A DNA stretch of 64,000 nucleotides from Eledone cirrhosa (taxonomy: Eukaryota), in assembly GCA_964016885.1 (NCBI GenBank), contig OZ024760.1:7130001-7194000 (forward strand). The letters run 5' to 3'. Position 1 is the first letter of the stretch. Each line of letters starts with the position of its first letter. Below the pieces are notes generated by a model. It had not been told where the DNA came from, ran no database searches, and worked only from the letters and a program-made list of their open reading frames with translations. A program made the translations under genes and the position numbers. Shown one piece after another: positions 39,555 to 64,000 of this stretch.

Positions 39555-39809
39555 TGTGGGGCTGCAGTGAGATAGACGGGGTGTGTAGAACTGCCGTGGG
39601 AGGGGGATTGCCGGAAGTTGGGGGACGTCTGGCCGGAAGCAGGAGGATGGGGGTGGCTCGAGAGACCAGGCGGTAGACAGCCCTCCCTTCGCTGTTGGCA
39701 CTGCAACGAGACGAGTCGTGTGAAGATAGACGCTAGTGGAAGTACCCCATGTGGACGGTGGAATGAGTGATAGAAAGACACAAAGTAAGTTTGAATGCAT
39801 CCGACTACA
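39555..39809. mobile_element. Solo-LTR-like element
   Basis: TGT..ACA termini; 5-bp TSD GGTGT; interrupts an RTE-tail repeat. Confidence 0.7.
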
Positions 39810-40087
39810 GGTGTCACGACAAAAGGCACCCAGTCCACATTGTAAAATGGTTGTGTAAGTGTCATGACAAAAAAGCACACTGTAAATGAAGCTGGTGTAA
39901 GGAAGGGCATCCAGCTGTAGAAACCAAGCCCAAACAGTTCTGTATGAGCAAGACCTGGTCACCTGACCTGGCATTTCTCACAACAGCTCAGCTCATCTAA
40001 CCCATGCTAGTGTGGAAGATGGACGTTAAACAGTGATGATGATGATGATATACACACACACACAATACAGAGGTTGTCATGCCCTTG

Positions 40088-40121
<34 letters not shown>

Positions 40122-41385
40122 TTTTTTGCCATGGTCAACTTTGTCTTTCATCCTTCTGGGGTTCATAAAATAATGTACCAGTAACACACTGGGGTCAATC
40201 CCCCACCCACTCCAAAAGAAATTCTGGCCTTGTGCCTAAATCAGAAAATATTATTTAACCCTTTAGCATTCACATTACTCTATATTTACTATTATATTTT
40301 TATGATAAACGCTTTATCTTACATAAATATCTCACATAATATCAAATCTACGAGATTTTGAAATTTATTTTGAGAACAATACCTTAACATCAGTATGAGT
40401 GGTTGGTTACAGCCAGTTTGAACAGAAAGAGGTGAGAGAATCCTGTCTGGATATGACCAGTTTAAATGTTAAAGGATTAATGTAACTTCCGAGGTTTATA
40501 AAATAAAATACTGGTACAAAGTGGGGTAGAATTCTGTTATCACTAGGTCATGCATGGTATTAGGGTTTATGTGGCTATATGAGGCCAAATCCTGTCTTTT
40601 GTGGGGTGGGGTGCCCTATCTTGTCAAATACTGACCCTAATTTCCAAATTTAACTTGTAGTTTATTGTAAAATATTTTTTTTTTTCTTGAAATTTTATCA
40701 TACCAAAAAGATATGGCACAAAGTAGACTCTTTAGGGGTTGTATTTGAAGATTTTAAATGATATAATTTAACCCTTTAGCATTTACATTACTCTATATTT
40801 ACTATTGTATTTTCACGGTAAAGGCTTTACCTCACATAATTATCTCACATCATATTGAATTTACGAGATTTTGATATTTATTTTGAGAACAATACCTTAA
40901 CATCAATATGAGTGGGCAGTTATGGCCGGTTTGAACAGAAAGAGGTGAGAGAATTCTGGCCGGATATGGCAGGTTTAAATGCTGATGGGTTAAAGTAGGA
41001 AAAAAACCTTCATTTTTTTTTTTCTGAATGGGGACCAAAATCCCACCATGCAATAAAGCTCTTAGAATCAATATAATCACTATTATTTTTTCCAATTGGC
41101 AGTATCGGTGGAGGGTCGGATATGCTTTCCAGCATAGTTACGTCCCTTTACGATCTGAGTTCAAGTCCCGCCGAGGTTAACTTTGCCTTTCATCCATACA
41201 GAGGTCGATAAAATAAAGTACCAGTAATGTACTGGGTAATTGCTGGCCTTGTGCCAAAAGTAGAAACAATTATTTTTTCCAGCACCATCTCAAAGACTTT
41301 CATGTCCTCCCCACCATAAATTGCTGTTCTTGTGCCTAAATAAAATAATCATTATTTTTTTCCAGAGCCATCCCAAATCGCAATT

Positions 41386-62752
<21,367 letters not shown>

Positions 62753-63099
62753 AAAAGAAATCTAATAATTATTAAAAATAACTCGTTAATTAAAAGAATG
62801 CTGTCTTTATGAAAACAAGTGTTTGGTTTAAATATATTTTACTTTTTGCACCCTGTCCACCATCTCTCTATTCTGAATTTAAATTCCATTGTATCCCAAT
62901 CTAATCAATAAATTATGTGTGAACAATAATATACTAACAACTATTATTATTATTATTGGGGTGGTGGATTGGCAGTATCGGTTGAATGTCGGACGCCTTG
63001 CTTTCTGGCATAGAGTTATATCCCTTTATGGACTGAGTTCAAATCCCGCCGAGGTTAACTTTGCCTTTCATCCTTACTGGGTCAATAAAATAAAGTCAT

Positions 63100-63790
63100 T
63101 TGCATCACAGAATTCCAGGATCCTGAAGCCTTCCTCATTACTAGTACCAAACCCATAACTTCCATGGACACCATTCATAGCCATCACAACATTGTTCAGC
63201 ATGACCATTAAGATTGCCATCAATAATTATATAGTCACTGTTGGGTATCTGGGAGGTAGTGAGCATTAGAGACTCATAGAACCTGTCTTTAGTAACGTCT
63301 GGTAATGTTGATTGGGGTGCATAAGCAGAAATAATAGATAGTTGTCCTTTTTTAGTACTAATCTTATTTTAATTATCCTGTAATTCACGGCAATTACCTT
63401 GTCTCCCCATTTTTCTGCTAACATAATTACAACACCCCCCAGCCCACTATCACAACCCATCCAGAAAAGCTTATAGCATTGTTTCCTGTCCACAATAAAT
63501 CTAGCAAACCCACCCCTCCACCCGATCTCTTGAACACAAGACATCGACTTCCTTACATTCAAGCATCTCTACACCCTCATTTGAACGACCTTTCAATATG
63601 CCTACATTCATGGTACCAATTCTGAAATTTTGGATTTTGCTGGGTGCGGGAGACGGAATTATGTTGGCCTTGGGCTTCCGTATTTGATACAATGAGGAGC
63701 GTTTGCATGCTTGTCCTGAAACGGGAGGTGAATTCATCTTTATCATTGTGAGTGGTAATATTCCCCAACTCCGTAATCCATTTATCGTAG
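63100..63790 (-). mobile_element. Decayed LINE APE endonuclease fragment (RTE-like)
   Basis: FRIGTMNVG..KGRS, VQE..WRG, YKLFWMG..GGV; frameshifts. Confidence 0.75.
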
Positions 63791-64000
63791 CAAACACCTA
63801 GGTCTAAGCTTAAGAAATATCGGCCTTATGAGAGAGATTAGCATTAGAAGACTTATTATAAAACTGCTGAGTTTTCATTGGCCCAATAACTATGGTGGTG
63901 AGTGGGAGGGGAAAGGTGACTTCCGGAAGACGAACATACTTAGCCAACTTAGAAGCTAGAATTAAGAATTTCGCCTATTTCTAAATGGATACAGACAGGA

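Overview
AT-rich, repeat-dense eukaryotic DNA; the repeat landscape resembles an octopus/cephalopod genome (my inference). The window holds two tandem, same-strand, spliced paralogs of kynurenine/alpha-aminoadipate aminotransferase (AADAT/KAT II). Copy A (6059-19595) has 11 coding exons giving a complete 425-aa protein. Copy B (41386-62752) shows exons 1-8 and 11; exons 9-10 are absent, probably hidden in the 200-N gap. The paralogs are old and diverged, except for a near-identical exon 6/intron 6 tract (gene conversion) that leaves a 33-nt diverged island at the active-site NP motif. Introns and the intergenic region contain RTE/RTE-X/CR1 LINE remnants, tRNA-derived SINEs, TTAA- and TA-flanked MITEs, solo-LTR-like inserts and many satellites. 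The ORF track misses several distinct families of (TA)n-inserted, often palindromic elements that carry type I hammerhead ribozymes and a shared downstream ACTC..GAGTRCT hairpin (Penelope-like pLTR/retrozyme-type elements). Most ORFs in the track are repeat-derived artefacts.
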